Below, piece after piece: positions 63,438-64,000 of a DNA stretch of 64,000 bases (positions are counted from its first letter, which is position 1; each line of letters opens with the position of its first letter). Under the pieces are notes generated by a model. The model saw only the letters and a list, made by a program, of their open reading frames with translations, did not search any database and was not told the DNA's origin. Origin of the DNA: Amphiura filiformis (lineage: Eukaryota). The stretch spans positions 58,010,946 through 58,074,945 of the forward strand of contig NC_092646.1 of the NCBI RefSeq assembly GCF_039555335.1, given 5' to 3'. The position numbers and the translations under genes were made by a program.

Positions 63438-63625
63438 CTATTCCAGTTGAGATCCATACACCCCCGTATGGAAGATATGGCCTTAATCTTCCACAAAGGA
63501 GGTGTAGATTTCAAATGGAGCTATCAATTCAGGTAACCCCATTTGAAATTCACACTCCCTGTGTGGAAGATTCAAGTTATGTCTTCCATATGGGGCGTCT
63601 GTATTTCATCTGGAACAGCACAATG
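63438..63625. mobile_element. MITE family A, complete copy, immediately 5' of the vWA exon
   Basis: Same consensus. Confidence 0.8.
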
Positions 63626-63902
63626 CAGTAACTGCTTTGTCAATACTTTCTTTTCATTGGAAAACAGGTGACAAAAAGCTGTAGATTTTACATCACCAAA
63701 TACTGTCTCTTGAGTACTTCCGTCCCGATCGGCAGTGTTTTTATATTGTGAATACTGTGACACACCTATATATATCAATATTAAAACCACAAAAAACTAA
63801 TTTAAAAAAAAGTAAAAAAAAGTTCCAAGGCCTTTATCATACATAATTTATAGCTTAAAAAGCGTGTGTAAAAAAGAAAAAGAAAAAGAAATGTATATTC
63901 GT

Positions 63903-64000
63903 CTCAGGTGAGAGCAGCATGGCCTATTGGTTAAGGTCTTTGACACTGGTGCAGGAGGTCCCTGGTTTGATCCCCAACGGAAGCAATGTTCATATTCAAT
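63903..64000 (+). mobile_element. tRNA-derived SINE (family 1), truncated by the window end
   Basis: It carries gagagcagcatggcctattggttaag...ggtccctggtttgatcccc. Confidence 0.55.

Noticed and set aside
63572-63790. Minus-strand ORF containing ...NTADRDGSTQETVFGDVKSTAFCHLF..., a possible upstream vWA exon with a MIDAS-like DxDxS
   Set aside because: It lacks the hydrophobic beta-strand preceding a true MIDAS, the donor is weak (gtattg), and it overlaps a MITE-A copy. There is not enough support.

Overview
This window is eukaryotic nuclear DNA, not prokaryotic. Genes are split by GT-AG introns; there are no operons and no CRISPR arrays. Repeats dominate: tRNA-derived SINEs, non-LTR retrotransposon tails, several MITE/foldback families, and large satellite arrays. 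TTAGGG-like motifs, expanded VWA5A-type genes and SINE/MITE-rich introns suggest an invertebrate deuterostome such as a cephalochordate, but that is inference only. Four coding loci are supportable, all on the minus strand. (1) An HSP70-family fragment of two exons at 7.5-8.9 kb. (2) A multi-exon gene from 33.9 to 20.5 kb whose six exons splice in phase; it encodes unique N-terminal exons, an actin-derived segment whose intron sits at the canonical actin codon-41 position, a polyproline tract and FG-type repeats. (3) A pair of tandemly duplicated two-exon modules at 14.1-19.3 kb with cyclically compatible phases, which may be the 3' part of gene 2. (4) A VWA5A/ITIH-like gene with vWA exons at 62.4-63.4 kb and C-terminal exons at 42.7-43.5 kb, probably spanning about 20 kb of satellite-filled introns; a second VWA5A-like C-terminal copy lies at 3.8-5.5 kb. 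Structural highlights are a 9-copy tandem array of an actin exon end plus its splice donor inside an intron, three blocks of a 100/75-bp satellite, a 75/78-bp satellite whose units carry splice-site-like signals, a 35-bp minisatellite full of GACGTCA motifs, a 4.4-kb element with roughly 330-bp terminal inverted repeats enclosing a 1.1-kb x3.4 tandem array, a nested transposon insertion with an identifiable 4-bp target-site duplication, and several very long near-perfect palindromes. All product names are inferred from the six-frame translations and from recalled family motifs; no database search was possible.
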